Below, piece by piece: positions 49,960 to 59,816 of a stretch of 64,000 nucleotides of DNA; within the stretch, counting starts at the first letter, position 1, and each line of letters opens with the position of its first letter. The stretch lies in assembly GCA_041484665.1 (NCBI GenBank), contig JBGPIA010000001.1:672001-736000 (forward strand). Direction: 5' to 3'. The DNA comes from Candidatus Krumholzibacteriia bacterium (lineage in GTDB: Bacteria; Krumholzibacteriota; Krumholzibacteriia; JAJRXK01). Position numbers and translations under genes: made by a program. The notes beneath the pieces are model-generated. The model searched no databases. It saw nothing but the letters and a program-made list of their open reading frames with translations, and was not told where the DNA came from.

Positions 49960-51330
49960 CTAACGGCGGATTCCCAGCCGCTGCAGCTTGCGGTGGAGAT
50001 TTCCCCGGTCGAGTCCCAACCTTCGCGCGGCCTCGGCGATGTTGCCGCCGGAGGCCTGCAAGGCCTGCTGGATGCGCTCGCGCTCGAAGCGAAGGAGGCC
50101 AGCCGCAAGATCTTCGTCCTGTGGCACGGGCTCCTCCGCACGCGCCGGGTGCGCAGGCCCACCGACGAGCTCGCGCATCGCCTCCGCCTCCACCGTCGTT
50201 GCGGGGATCATGATCACCACGCGCTCCATCAGGTTCTTCAGCTCACGCACGTTGCCTGGCCAGTCATGGGCGCGCAGCAGCGCGATGGCGCCTTGCGTGA
50301 GGCGTTTGGCGGGCCGGCCATTCGCGCGGCAGAAGTGCGCCAGGTAGAACCCCGCCAGTTCATCTGTATCCTCGATATGCTCGCGCAGTGGCGGCACGTG
50401 GATCGGAACGACCTTGATCCGGTGGTAGAGATCTTCGCGGAAACGCCCGTCGGCCAGCAGCCGCTGCAGATCCTGGTTTGTGCTGGCAAGCACGCGCACG
50501 TCGAGCTGCACCGTCCGGCTTCCGCCCAGCCGCTCCATGCAGCGCTCCTCGAGCACGCGCAGGAGCTTGGCCTGGGTGGCGGCGTTCATGTCGCCGATTT
50601 CGTCGAGCAGGAGCGCCCCGCCCTGCGCCAACTCGAACTTGCCGCGCCGCAGCGCCACGGCACCGGTGAACGCGCCCTTCTCGTGGCCGAACAGCTCGCT
50701 CTCCAGCAGCTCGAGCGGGATGGCGGCGCAATTCACTTTGAGCAGGGGGCCTTCCCGGCGCCGCGAGCCCGCGTGCAGCGCGCGGGCCACCAGCTCCTTG
50801 CCCGTGCCGCTCTCGCCGCTGATCAGCACGCGCGCCTCGCTGGGCGCGGCGCGGGCGATCTCCTCGCGCAGCCGTGCCATGGCAGCGCTACGCCCCAGGA
50901 TCTCCCCGCCTTCCCCGGCCATCTGCTGCAGCGCGGCGTTCTGGGCGCTGAGGCGCTCCATGTGCAAGCAGTTGCGGATGGAGAGCAGCAGCCGTTCCAC
51001 GGCGATCGGCTTCTCGACAAAGTCGTACGCCCCCAGCCGCGTCGCCTCCACGGCCAGCGCGATCGTGCCGTGTCCGCTCATCACGATCACCGGCGGCAGC
51101 AGCGCGCGTTCGCCAGGATCGCGCAGCACCGTGAGCCCATCCTCGCCGGGCAGGCAGACATCCATCAGGACGAGATCGAACGCCGCGCGGGCCAGCAGTT
51201 CGCGTGCGCTGCTTAGATCGCCCGCGCTGGACACGTCGAATCCCTCGTCGGCCAACAATCCGCCGAGCATCCGGCGGATGTTGGGCTCGTCGTCCACCAC
51301 CAGGACCCGCCGGCGTATGACATCGCTCAC
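49960..51330 (-). CDS. Sigma54-dependent response regulator (NtrX/NtrC family)
   Basis: REC domain (VVDDE, MDV, SGHG, EKP), GESGTGKE, GAFTGA, WPGNVREL and a Fis-type HTH. Confidence 0.95.
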   Translation of the reverse strand: MSDVIRRRVLVVDDEPNIRRMLGGLLADEGFDVSSAGDLSSARELLARAAFDLVLMDVCLPGEDGLTVLRDPGERALLPPVIVMSGHGTIALAVEATRLGAYDFVEKPIAVERLLLSIRNCLHMERLSAQNAALQQMAGEGGEILGRSAAMARLREEIARAAPSEARVLISGESGTGKELVARALHAGSRRREGPLLKVNCAAIPLELLESELFGHEKGAFTGAVALRRGKFELAQGGALLLDEIGDMNAATQAKLLRVLEERCMERLGGSRTVQLDVRVLASTNQDLQRLLADGRFREDLYHRIKVVPIHVPPLREHIEDTDELAGFYLAHFCRANGRPAKRLTQGAIALLRAHDWPGNVRELKNLMERVVIMIPATTVEAEAMRELVGGPAHPARAEEPVPQDEDLAAGLLRFERERIQQALQASGGNIAEAARRLGLDRGNLHRKLQRLGIRR

Positions 51331-52862
51331 GGGGCAGCCTCCTGGCCGTGCGGCGCGCCGCGGCGATCGTCGGGTGGACCGGGCGCCGCGGCAGTGTCGA
51401 CCGGCAGCTCCACCCGCAGCTCGGCCCCCCGCGGGGTAAGCGCGTGGGCGGACACGCGCCCGCCATGGTCGGCCACGATCTTCTGGACGATGGCCAACCC
51501 CAGCCCCGTCCCGCCGGGCTTGGTGGTGAAGCCCGCCTCGAAGATGCGCCCGGCGTCCTGCGGGAGACCGGCGCCGCCGTCCTGCACGCTGACGCGCAGC
51601 CGGCCATCCTCCCGCTCGGCGCGCAGCACGAGCTCACCGCGTCCGTCCATGGCCTCCACAGCGTTCTTGACCAGATTGGCGAAGACCTGGCGCAGCAGGC
51701 CGGCATCCCCCTGGACGGGCGGGGCGCCCTCCCATCCGATCCAGCGGACCTGCAGCGCGTCGCGGTCGGCGTAGAGCTCCACCACGGCGCGCAGGATCGC
51801 CTCGAGATCGACCGGCGCGCGCTGTGGCTCGGGCAGGCGCGCGAATTCGGAGAACTCGTCGGCCAGCCGCCTCAGGTTTCCGGTTTCCTCCAGCAGCGTG
51901 TCCAGGCACTCCAGCACCGTGGCGTCGCTCGTGCGCTGGCGGATTCGGTGCGCAGCCAGGCCGATGGGCGTCAGCGGATTCTTGATCTCGTGCGCGAGCC
52001 GGCGCGCCACCCCTTGCCACGCGGCGATCCGGGCCGTGCGCACCACCGTCTGCTTGCTCTCCTGCAGCTCGGCTGTCATGCGATTGAACGCCTCCACGAG
52101 GTCGCCGACCTCGTCGACGGCGCGTACGCGCACGCGGTGGTCGAGGTTGCCAGCCGCCACGACCTCCATGCCCGCCGCGAGCGCGCTGATCGGCCCGGCG
52201 ATCCGCCGCGTCAGCAGCCGCGACAGCAACAGCGACACCGTCAGCAGCACCGCGCCCGTGCCCAGCAGGGTGAGCACGACGTCACCGCGCAGCAGCTTGC
52301 CGTAGAACAGCCGCAGCTGGCGGGCGCTGCGGCTGCCTCCGGCGATGGCGTCGAGGTCCGCCGCCAGCGCCGGGTCCAGGGGGCGCTCCACCACCAGCGC
52401 GCGCCTCTGGCCCGCGACCTCCACCGGGACAACCGCGCATAGATACGTGCGTCCGCCGTGCTCGCTACGCTCGCCACTGGACCGGTCCGTGGTTTCCGGC
52501 TGCTCCAGACGCGCGAGGATCCCGCCCTCCAAAGGCGGCAGACCCGAGGTCACCGCTGCTTGGGCCGCCAGGCTCTCGGCCAACGCCTGTGTGCGGAGCC
52601 GTTGCGCGTCGAGCACCCGACGCGCCAGATCGAGCGAGCTCTCCATAGAGGCGCGAAAGCCCGCGCTGTCCAGCACCTCGAGCTGGCGGCCGCTCATGCG
52701 CCAGTCGAGCCAGAGCACCAGGACCGTTGGAATGGATGCCAACGAGAGGAACGTCCAGAACAGCCGCCGCTGCAGTCGCGAGGCTCCCCGCAGCGTCCCG
52801 ATGGCGGACGCGGCGCCAACGGCCAGGGCCACAGCGAGGGCGGCTGCGATCCAGAGGGGCAT
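51327..52862 (-). CDS. HAMP sensor histidine kinase (NtrY-like)
   Basis: TM segments, HAMP, 'AWQGVARRLAHEIKNPLTPI', 'NLVKNA', 'DGGAG' and 'GTGLGL'. Confidence 0.93.
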   Translation of the reverse strand: MPLWIAAALAVALAVGAASAIGTLRGASRLQRRLFWTFLSLASIPTVLVLWLDWRMSGRQLEVLDSAGFRASMESSLDLARRVLDAQRLRTQALAESLAAQAAVTSGLPPLEGGILARLEQPETTDRSSGERSEHGGRTYLCAVVPVEVAGQRRALVVERPLDPALAADLDAIAGGSRSARQLRLFYGKLLRGDVVLTLLGTGAVLLTVSLLLSRLLTRRIAGPISALAAGMEVVAAGNLDHRVRVRAVDEVGDLVEAFNRMTAELQESKQTVVRTARIAAWQGVARRLAHEIKNPLTPIGLAAHRIRQRTSDATVLECLDTLLEETGNLRRLADEFSEFARLPEPQRAPVDLEAILRAVVELYADRDALQVRWIGWEGAPPVQGDAGLLRQVFANLVKNAVEAMDGRGELVLRAEREDGRLRVSVQDGGAGLPQDAGRIFEAGFTTKPGGTGLGLAIVQKIVADHGGRVSAHALTPRGAELRVELPVDTAAAPGPPDDRRGAPHGQEAAP

Positions 52863-53104
52863 GGGGTCGCGCGCGGAATGCCCTCGACGGTGGGGCTCCG
52901 CGCTGCTGGGCCCGGCAACCGTCCCGGCACAGGCCGGTCCTGGAGGTGTGCGCGCCTCCTGCGCGGAGTATAGCCCAGCGCGGCGCGACTGCAGCAGCGC
53001 GAACCCGTACCGAAGCGGGCGCGGGCAGGCGTCCGGGCGCGGCGGCGCGTGCGTGCGGCGGCACGGCTGCGCTACACTGATCTCCCCGGGTCCGGGAGCT
53101 GTCC

Positions 53105-54601
53105 ATGCGCCACCCCCACGCCTCGCTCGAGCAGCTGCCGCCTTCCGCCACGCTGCGACCTGCAGACGCCGGGGCCGGCCTGGAGCTCGCGCCGGAGGCG
53201 ATGCGGCGCCTCGGCTATCGCGCGGTGGACGCGGTGATCGACCACATCGCGAACCTGCGCGAGCGCCCCGCCGTGCGCGGGGCGACGCGCGCGCAGATGG
53301 AGGCGCTGTTACGCGAGGAGCTGCCGCGCACGGGCGGCGATCCCGAGCGGCTGCTGCAGCAGCTCCTGGAGGACGTGACGGCGTTCGGCGTCCGCACCGA
53401 GCATCCCGCCTTCTTCGGCTACATCCCGCTCTCGCCGACCTTCCCCGGCATCGTGGGCGATCTGTTGGCCACCGGCACCTCGCTGTTCGCTGGATCGTGG
53501 CTGGGCTCGCCCGGCGCTGCCACCCTGGAGGTGGTCGTGACCGATTGGTTCGCGCGCCTGGTGGGCATGCCCGAAAGCGCGGCCGGTCTGCTCACCTCGG
53601 GCGGCTCGATGGCGAACCTCATCGGCCTGGCGTGCGCGCGCCGCGCCAAGCTGGGCGAGCAGCTCGCCGGTGCGCGCGTCTACACCAGCGACCAAGCGCA
53701 CGCCGCCGTGGCGCGCGCGGTGGTGCTGCTGGGCCTGGCGGCGGAAAGCGTCGTCGTACTGGCATCCAACGACCGCTTCGAGCTCGACGTCCCGGCGCTC
53801 GAGGAGGCGATCGCGCGCGACCGCCGCGCCGGCCTGCGCCCCTTCTGCGTCGCGGCCACGGCGGGAACGACGAACACCGGGGCGATCGACGCGCTGGTCC
53901 CGCTCGCGGATCTGTGCGCAGCCCACGAGCTGTGGCTGCACGTCGACGGGGCGTACGGCGGCTTCGCCGTTCTCACCGGCCGGGGCAGGCGCCTGCTCGC
54001 GGGGATCGAGCGCGCCGACAGCGTAGTGCTCGACCCGCACAAGTGGCTCCATCAGCCGCTGGAATGCGGCTGCGTCCTGCTGCGCGATGAGGCGGAGCTG
54101 CTGCGCACATTTGCGTCCAACGCGGACTACCTGCAGGACATCCCTCGACTCAACCGCGAGATCAACTTCTTCGAGCGCGGCATCGAGCTGTCGCGCAGCG
54201 CGCGAGCCGTGAAGATCTGGCTGAGCCTGAAGACGTTCGGAGCGGACCGCTTCGGCCAGGCGGTCGATCAGGCGCTGGACCTGGCCCTGTACGCCGCGGC
54301 GCGCGTGGACGAGGCCGCGGATCTGCAGCGCATGGCGCCCGTGCCGCTGTCCACGGTGGCGATGCGCTGTGTGCCGCCCGGCTGGGCCGACGACGATCCG
54401 CACCTGGACACGCTGCAGTTGTCCATCGTGGACGCGCTGATCCGGCGGCAGGCGCCGGTGTTCCTTACCTCAACGCGCCTACGGGGCCGCGTCGCCCTGC
54501 GCCTCTGCGTGCTCTCGCACCGCACGACGGCCGCCGACGTGGACCTGGCCCTCTCGACGGTGCAGCAGCTCGGCCGCGAGCTGGCGCAGATCCGGCTCTA
54601 G
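53105..54601 (+). CDS. Group II PLP-dependent amino acid decarboxylase
   Basis: HP.FFGYI, TSGGSMAN, AGTTNTGAID, WLHVDGAYG and DPHKW. Confidence 0.92.
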   Translation: MRHPHASLEQLPPSATLRPADAGAGLELAPEAMRRLGYRAVDAVIDHIANLRERPAVRGATRAQMEALLREELPRTGGDPERLLQQLLEDVTAFGVRTEHPAFFGYIPLSPTFPGIVGDLLATGTSLFAGSWLGSPGAATLEVVVTDWFARLVGMPESAAGLLTSGGSMANLIGLACARRAKLGEQLAGARVYTSDQAHAAVARAVVLLGLAAESVVVLASNDRFELDVPALEEAIARDRRAGLRPFCVAATAGTTNTGAIDALVPLADLCAAHELWLHVDGAYGGFAVLTGRGRRLLAGIERADSVVLDPHKWLHQPLECGCVLLRDEAELLRTFASNADYLQDIPRLNREINFFERGIELSRSARAVKIWLSLKTFGADRFGQAVDQALDLALYAAARVDEAADLQRMAPVPLSTVAMRCVPPGWADDDPHLDTLQLSIVDALIRRQAPVFLTSTRLRGRVALRLCVLSHRTTAADVDLALSTVQQLGRELAQIRL

Positions 54602-55914
54602 GCCAGCATGCGTCCGCGCACGAGCTCCAGCAGCTGTTGGTAGCCGCCCAGGAACTGGTGCAGCGTGTGGATCGAGGCACCGAAGCCCGCGAACTCCTCT
54701 GGCCGCATCCCTTCCTCGCCGTAGGCGCGGCGGAAGTCGGGGAACGCAGCCTGCAGCGCCGCCACCACGCGCGGCTCCACCGGACGATCCAGCGTCGGCT
54801 GCGGCTCGATGCCGGAGGCGTCGAACTGCTTCCACCAGCGGTAGGGCATCGATTGGATCACGCCGTCACCGATCAACTCGCTCCAATGCAGCCCGTGCCG
54901 GTAGGCAGCGGCCAGCAGTCGTGCCTGGTAGCCGCGGGCGCGGAAGAGGGCGACCGCTCGCTTGAAGACGGCCACTCCTGCCCAGTGCACGAAGCCGGGC
55001 TCGATCGTCACGCGATCGCGCTCCATGACGCGCTGCAGATGGTCTTCGATGCGCCCCACCATGATCGTGACCACGGATGCCGCAGCGGCGCTGGCAGCCG
55101 CGCCTATGGCCGCACCGGGCGCCGAGGTCGCGCGCTTTGGCTCGTCGCCAGCGACAGCGCCAGCACCCGTCCGCGCCAGACCGCGCTCGATCGCCGCCGC
55201 GCACGCCAGGGCTTGCGCCACGCTGAAGCTGACGGTGGCGTTGATGCAGATGCCGGCGGCCGTCAGCTCCTCGATGGCCGCCAGCCCGGCGGCGGTCGCC
55301 GGGATCTTCACGGCGATGTTGGGAGCGATGAACGCCAGGTGCCGGGCGTGGGCGACCATGCGCTCCGCGTCGCGGTAGAGCTGTGGATTCACCTGCACGC
55401 AAAGGCGTCCCTTGCGGCCGGCCGTGGCCGCGTGGACCGGAGCCAACAGCGCCGCCGCCCGCCGCGCCACGCTCTCCACCAGAAGCCACGCCAGTTCGTC
55501 CTCGCCGGCATGCGCGTTCGCCGCGACCAGCTGGTCGAGCACGGGCAACCAGGTCTGTGGCGCGCTCTGGACGGCCTGGTGCACGATCACTGGGTTGGAC
55601 GTGGCGCCCACGGCTCCCTTCTGCACGGCCTCTTGCAGCTCCCGCAGGTCACAGGAGTCGTTCCAGAAGTCCACACCCAGGCGGATGGTCCGTCGGATCG
55701 GCGAGTCTTCACCGGGGCGTGCCGCGTCGCCAGCCCGGGCGCTCGGAGTGCCCGGAGCGCGCAGATGTGCTCCAGAAGCGCCGGCAGCGGTGCCCAAGAA
55801 CCCCGGAGTGCGTGCGGGGCGAGCAGTGCCAGGCTTGCCAGGCTTGCCAGAACGGGTGCTCATGCGCGCGGGCGACGCTGCGCCCGGACTCCCTCCTTCC
55901 CGCTGACAGGTCAA
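54598..55914 (-). CDS. Transaldolase-family protein (start uncertain)
   Basis: WNDS, GATSNP, VKIP, INATVSFS and GRIED. The N-terminal low-complexity extension may be non-coding. Confidence 0.85.
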   Translation of the reverse strand: MTCQREGGSPGAASPARMSTRSGKPGKPGTARPARTPGFLGTAAGASGAHLRAPGTPSARAGDAARPGEDSPIRRTIRLGVDFWNDSCDLRELQEAVQKGAVGATSNPVIVHQAVQSAPQTWLPVLDQLVAANAHAGEDELAWLLVESVARRAAALLAPVHAATAGRKGRLCVQVNPQLYRDAERMVAHARHLAFIAPNIAVKIPATAAGLAAIEELTAAGICINATVSFSVAQALACAAAIERGLARTGAGAVAGDEPKRATSAPGAAIGAAASAAAASVVTIMVGRIEDHLQRVMERDRVTIEPGFVHWAGVAVFKRAVALFRARGYQARLLAAAYRHGLHWSELIGDGVIQSMPYRWWKQFDASGIEPQPTLDRPVEPRVVAALQAAFPDFRRAYGEEGMRPEEFAGFGASIHTLHQFLGGYQQLLELVRGRMLA

Positions 55915-55947
55915 TGTCGGCCGCCGATCGGTCAGCCGACCGACCGC

Positions 55948-56853
55948 TCAAACGCCGATCGACCGGCGCAGGTACTCCCGCCCCATGCGCGCGTAGTGCA
56001 ACGGAGGCTGCCGCGCCGGATCCTGGTCGGCCTCCACCACGACCCAGCCGCGATAGCCGACGCGGGCGAGCTGCTCGAAGATGCCCCGGAAATCGACGCT
56101 CCCGTCGCCCGGCACCGTGAACACCCCCGCGCGCACGGCCTGCGCGAAGCTCATGCGCTCTGCGCGCGCCCGCTGTGCGAGCTGCAAGCGCACGTCCTTG
56201 AGGTGGACGTGCACCACGCGCGCGGCGTGATCGCGCAGCGTCGCCACGGGATCCACTCCGGCCAACGCCAAGTGGCCGGTGTCCAGGAGCAGCCCGACGT
56301 CGGGAGCCCGCGCCAGCAGCTCGTCGATCTCCGCGCGCGTCTGCACCACCGTGCCCATGTGATGGTGGTAGGCCAGGCGCAGTCCGCGTGCGCGTGCCAG
56401 CGCCGCCATCTCCTGCAGCGCGCGGCCCAGGCGCTCCCAGCCGGCACCGTCCAGGGCGCGGGCGCCGCGATCGAAGCGCAGCGGCACAAGCGGATCGCCG
56501 TAGGTCTGCCCGCTGCACTCGGCCACGATCGCCACGGGCGCGCTCAGCGCCTCCAGCAGATCGACTTGCCCGGTGAACCGGCGCAGCTCCTCTTCCGGGT
56601 CGCCGTCGAGCAGAAAGAGGCTGTGCCAGCCCGAGACCACTCGCAGCTCGTGTTGGCGCAGCAATGCCAGGAGTGCTCGCGCGTCGCGCGGGTACTTGTG
56701 CCCCAGCTCGGTGCCGGCGTAACCGGCCGCGTGCATCTCCGCCAGGCAGCGCTCCAGCGGGATGTCGCCGCCGAGGTCGTGGAAGTCGTCGTTGCTCCAC
56801 AGGATGGGGTTGACGCCCACCTGCACGTCGAGGCGCCGCACGGGTTGGATCAT
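55948..56853 (-). CDS. iolE: myo-inosose-2 dehydratase
   Basis: PI.WSNDD, GTELG, YHHHMGT, LDTGH, HVHLKD, FTVPGDG and VEADQDP. Confidence 0.95.
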   Translation of the reverse strand: MIQPVRRLDVQVGVNPILWSNDDFHDLGGDIPLERCLAEMHAAGYAGTELGHKYPRDARALLALLRQHELRVVSGWHSLFLLDGDPEEELRRFTGQVDLLEALSAPVAIVAECSGQTYGDPLVPLRFDRGARALDGAGWERLGRALQEMAALARARGLRLAYHHHMGTVVQTRAEIDELLARAPDVGLLLDTGHLALAGVDPVATLRDHAARVVHVHLKDVRLQLAQRARAERMSFAQAVRAGVFTVPGDGSVDFRGIFEQLARVGYRGWVVVEADQDPARQPPLHYARMGREYLRRSIGV

Positions 56854-56959
56854 CGTTCCCCCGTGCGGCGCAGCCCGCGCCGCTGGGTCGCCGTCGTTGC
56901 GCGAGTCGCGGGAGCGCCGCGCCGCGTGGCAGCGCGGCGGCTCGCGGCAGCGCAGCGGC

Positions 56960-58864
56960 TCATGGGAGCACTTTTTGCGCGCCGCGCGCCGCCTCGTAGG
57001 CCTGGCGCGCCCGCTGCACGGCCGGGTCCGCGGAAACCTCGGCCACGGGGACGTCCCACCACGCGGTGGCGGGCAATGGCTCCGCGGAGCGGACGGTCAC
57101 GTGGATCAGCGCGCTGCGGCGCTCCCGCCGCGCGGCCCGCAGCGCATCGCGCAGCTGCCCTTCGGTCCCGGCGGTGAACGCCGCCGCGCCCAGGCTGCGC
57201 GCGTTCTGCGCGTAGTCGATGGACAACAGCGGTCCGTCCAAGCGTCCGGACGTGGCATCGCGGCGCCGGAACTCGTTGCCGAACCCAGCGCTGCCGCTGG
57301 AGCGCTGCAGGTTGTGGATACTTTGGTAGCCGCCGTTGTCGATCAGCAGCACGACGATCGGCCGGTCCTCCTGCAGCGAGGTCACCAGCTCCGTGTGCAG
57401 CATCAAGTAGCTCCCGTCGCCCACCATGGCGATCACAGTGCGCTCTGGCCGTGCGAGCTTCACGCCCAGAGCGCCGGCGATCTCGTAGCCCATGCAGGAG
57501 TAGCCATACTCGGCGTGGTAATCGTCGGGATCGCGGCAGCGCCATAGCTTGTGCAGATCGCCGGGCAGGCCGCCCGCGGCATGGACGATGGTTGCCTGCG
57601 GGCCGGCCTCCTCGTTGACGATGCGGATCACCTGCGCCTGGGCCAGGCTGCCGGCCGCAGGGTCCGCGGCGGCATCGCCCGCCCTGACGTTGCGGGCCAC
57701 GTCGCCGGTGAGCGCACGCCACGCCGTGTCCCAGGCGACCTGCGCGCGCGTGATCTCTGCCGCGTACGCCGCGTCCACCCGGAACCCCGCCAGCGCGGCG
57801 CACAGCTCCTCGAGCACGGTGCGCGCATCGCCCACAAGCTCCACGGCACCCCGCTTGCTGGCGTCGAACGGATCGATCTGCACGCTGATCCAGCGCACGT
57901 CGGGATGCTGGAAGAGACTGCGCGAAGCCGTCGTGAAGTCCGACAGGCGCGTGCCGACGGCGAGCACCAGGTCAGCCTGCTGGGCGATGGCGTTGGCGGC
58001 CGCGGTACCCGTGACCCCGATTCCGCCCAGACACAGCGGGTGATCGTCGAGCAGCGCACCCTTGCCGGCCTGCGTGAAACCCACCGGGATGCCGGTGGAT
58101 TCCACGAAGCGCTGCAGGCTGGTGGCGGCCTGCGAGTAGTGCACGCCGCCGCCGGCGACGATCAGCGGGCGCCGCGCGCTGCGCAGCAGCTGCGCCGCCG
58201 CGGCGATCTGGGCCGGGTCGCATCCCGGGCGCGGCACAACGAGGACGCGACGCGCGAAAAAGATCTCAGGGTAGTCCCAGGCCTCTGTCTGCACATCCTC
58301 CGGCAGGCAGAGGGTCACCGCACCCGTCTCCACGGGTGAGGCCAGCACGCGCATGGCCTCGGGCAGGGCCGCCAGCAGCTGCTCGGGCCGCTGGATACGG
58401 TCCCAGTAGCGCGATACCGGCCGCAGGCAGTCGTTGACGCTCACGTCCATGCTGCCGCGATGCTCGAGCTGCTGCAGCACCGGCGCCGGGCGGCGGCTGG
58501 CAAACACGTCACCGGGCAGCAGCAGCACCGGTAGGCGGTTGATCGTCGCCACGGCCGCGCCGGTGACCAGGTTGGTCGCCCCCGGTCCCACCGACGTCGT
58601 GCAGGCGAACGCAGACAGGCGCCGCCGCGCCTTGGCAAACGCGACCGCCATGTGCACCATCGCCTGTTCGTTCTTGGGCTGCAGGAACGGGAGCTGCGCC
58701 CCGCCGTGCTCGGCGAGCGCCTGCCCGAGCCCGGTCACGTTGCCGTGTCCGAAGATGCCCGCAACGGCATGGATCAGCCGGTGCTCGGCCCCATCGCGGG
58801 TCACGTGCTGCTCCTTGAGGAAGCGCACGAGGGCGGCCGCCATGGTCAGCCGCACGGTCTTCAC
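56960..58864 (-). CDS. iolD: THcHDO acylhydrolase (TPP-dependent)
   Basis: GIFGHGNV, NEQ.M.H, PVLQQLE, EYGYSCMGYE and GDGSYLM. GTGA overlap with iolB. Confidence 0.95.
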   Translation of the reverse strand: MKTVRLTMAAALVRFLKEQHVTRDGAEHRLIHAVAGIFGHGNVTGLGQALAEHGGAQLPFLQPKNEQAMVHMAVAFAKARRRLSAFACTTSVGPGATNLVTGAAVATINRLPVLLLPGDVFASRRPAPVLQQLEHRGSMDVSVNDCLRPVSRYWDRIQRPEQLLAALPEAMRVLASPVETGAVTLCLPEDVQTEAWDYPEIFFARRVLVVPRPGCDPAQIAAAAQLLRSARRPLIVAGGGVHYSQAATSLQRFVESTGIPVGFTQAGKGALLDDHPLCLGGIGVTGTAAANAIAQQADLVLAVGTRLSDFTTASRSLFQHPDVRWISVQIDPFDASKRGAVELVGDARTVLEELCAALAGFRVDAAYAAEITRAQVAWDTAWRALTGDVARNVRAGDAAADPAAGSLAQAQVIRIVNEEAGPQATIVHAAGGLPGDLHKLWRCRDPDDYHAEYGYSCMGYEIAGALGVKLARPERTVIAMVGDGSYLMLHTELVTSLQEDRPIVVLLIDNGGYQSIHNLQRSSGSAGFGNEFRRRDATSGRLDGPLLSIDYAQNARSLGAAAFTAGTEGQLRDALRAARRERRSALIHVTVRSAEPLPATAWWDVPVAEVSADPAVQRARQAYEAARGAQKVLP

Positions 58865-59778
58865 GACGTTCCCCCGGCCGGCGACCGACCATCGGGCGGC
58901 CCAACCGTCGGCGTCAAAGCGGTCGTCGGCTCCCCGCTCGCGGGCGCGGCGGGCGGCGGGCTGACGTCCGGCAGCCAGCCTTGCTGCGCGGGGTCCAGCA
59001 GCCAGCGATGCTCGGGCTCGTACGTGAAGCCGGTATAGGGTCGGCCTTCGAGGTGGCGCACCACCCACAAGTACCACATGCCGTAGCCCGGCGCAGCCGC
59101 CTGCGCGTGGGTGCGACCGGGAGGGATCTTGAGCGTGTCGTAGTGACGGACCTTGAACACGCTCTCGCCGAGCTCGGCGTGGCCAAAGCCCTGCGGCAGC
59201 GTGAACCGATAATGGTAGATCTCCGGCTGCGCGTGATGGTGCGGAGGGTAGCTCGACCAGCGCCCGGCGAGCGTCGCGACCTCCCCCACCACGAGGTTGG
59301 ACTGCGGCCGGGAGGCGCGGTCGAAGACCAGCCGCACCTCGCGCCGGCAGGCTCCCTGCGCCAGGCCGGCGCCGCGATCCTCGCGCGTGATTTCGTCCGG
59401 CCGGAACAGGCGCGGCGCGAAGCGCTGGCCGTTGCTCGCCCGCGCCACGGCCAGCTCAGCCCGCCCGCCCGCGGCCGCCAGTCGCACCGAGGCGCCAGCA
59501 GCGACGTGCAGTGCGGTGGGCGCCTCGCCAAACAGCGACGCGCGCCGCGCCTCGTGCTGGTGGCCGTCGATCGTGACGATGATCTGCCCGTCGAGGAGAA
59601 CCCAGCAGGTCTCCTTGGATGTCTGCTCGCCGTGGGCCGTCCAGGCGCCGCCCGGCTCCAGCACGAGCACGCTGAAGTCGACGCCCATGTCGAGGACGTC
59701 CTCGCCCTCGCGCGTGATGGGGGTCGGCCCGGGAGGGAATCCCTGGCGGAAGCAGTTGATCAGGGCGGCGTCATCCAT
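58861..59778 (-). CDS. iolB: 5-deoxy-glucuronate isomerase
   Basis: 'WSSYPPHHH.QPEIYHY' and 'APGYGMWYLW'; operon context. Confidence 0.92.
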   Translation of the reverse strand: MDDAALINCFRQGFPPGPTPITREGEDVLDMGVDFSVLVLEPGGAWTAHGEQTSKETCWVLLDGQIIVTIDGHQHEARRASLFGEAPTALHVAAGASVRLAAAGGRAELAVARASNGQRFAPRLFRPDEITREDRGAGLAQGACRREVRLVFDRASRPQSNLVVGEVATLAGRWSSYPPHHHAQPEIYHYRFTLPQGFGHAELGESVFKVRHYDTLKIPPGRTHAQAAAPGYGMWYLWVVRHLEGRPYTGFTYEPEHRWLLDPAQQGWLPDVSPPPAAPASGEPTTALTPTVGPPDGRSPAGGTS

Positions 59779-59816
59779 CGGCCATCCCAGCGAGCGCAGC
59801 GACGTCGCGCGCGCCG

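Noticed and set aside
54598..54601. Convergent genes sharing a CTAG stop overlap
   Set aside because: A common compact arrangement that implies no functional link.
55827..55849. TGCCAGGCT tandem repeat
   Set aside because: A short low-complexity repeat of about 2.5 copies with no evident function.
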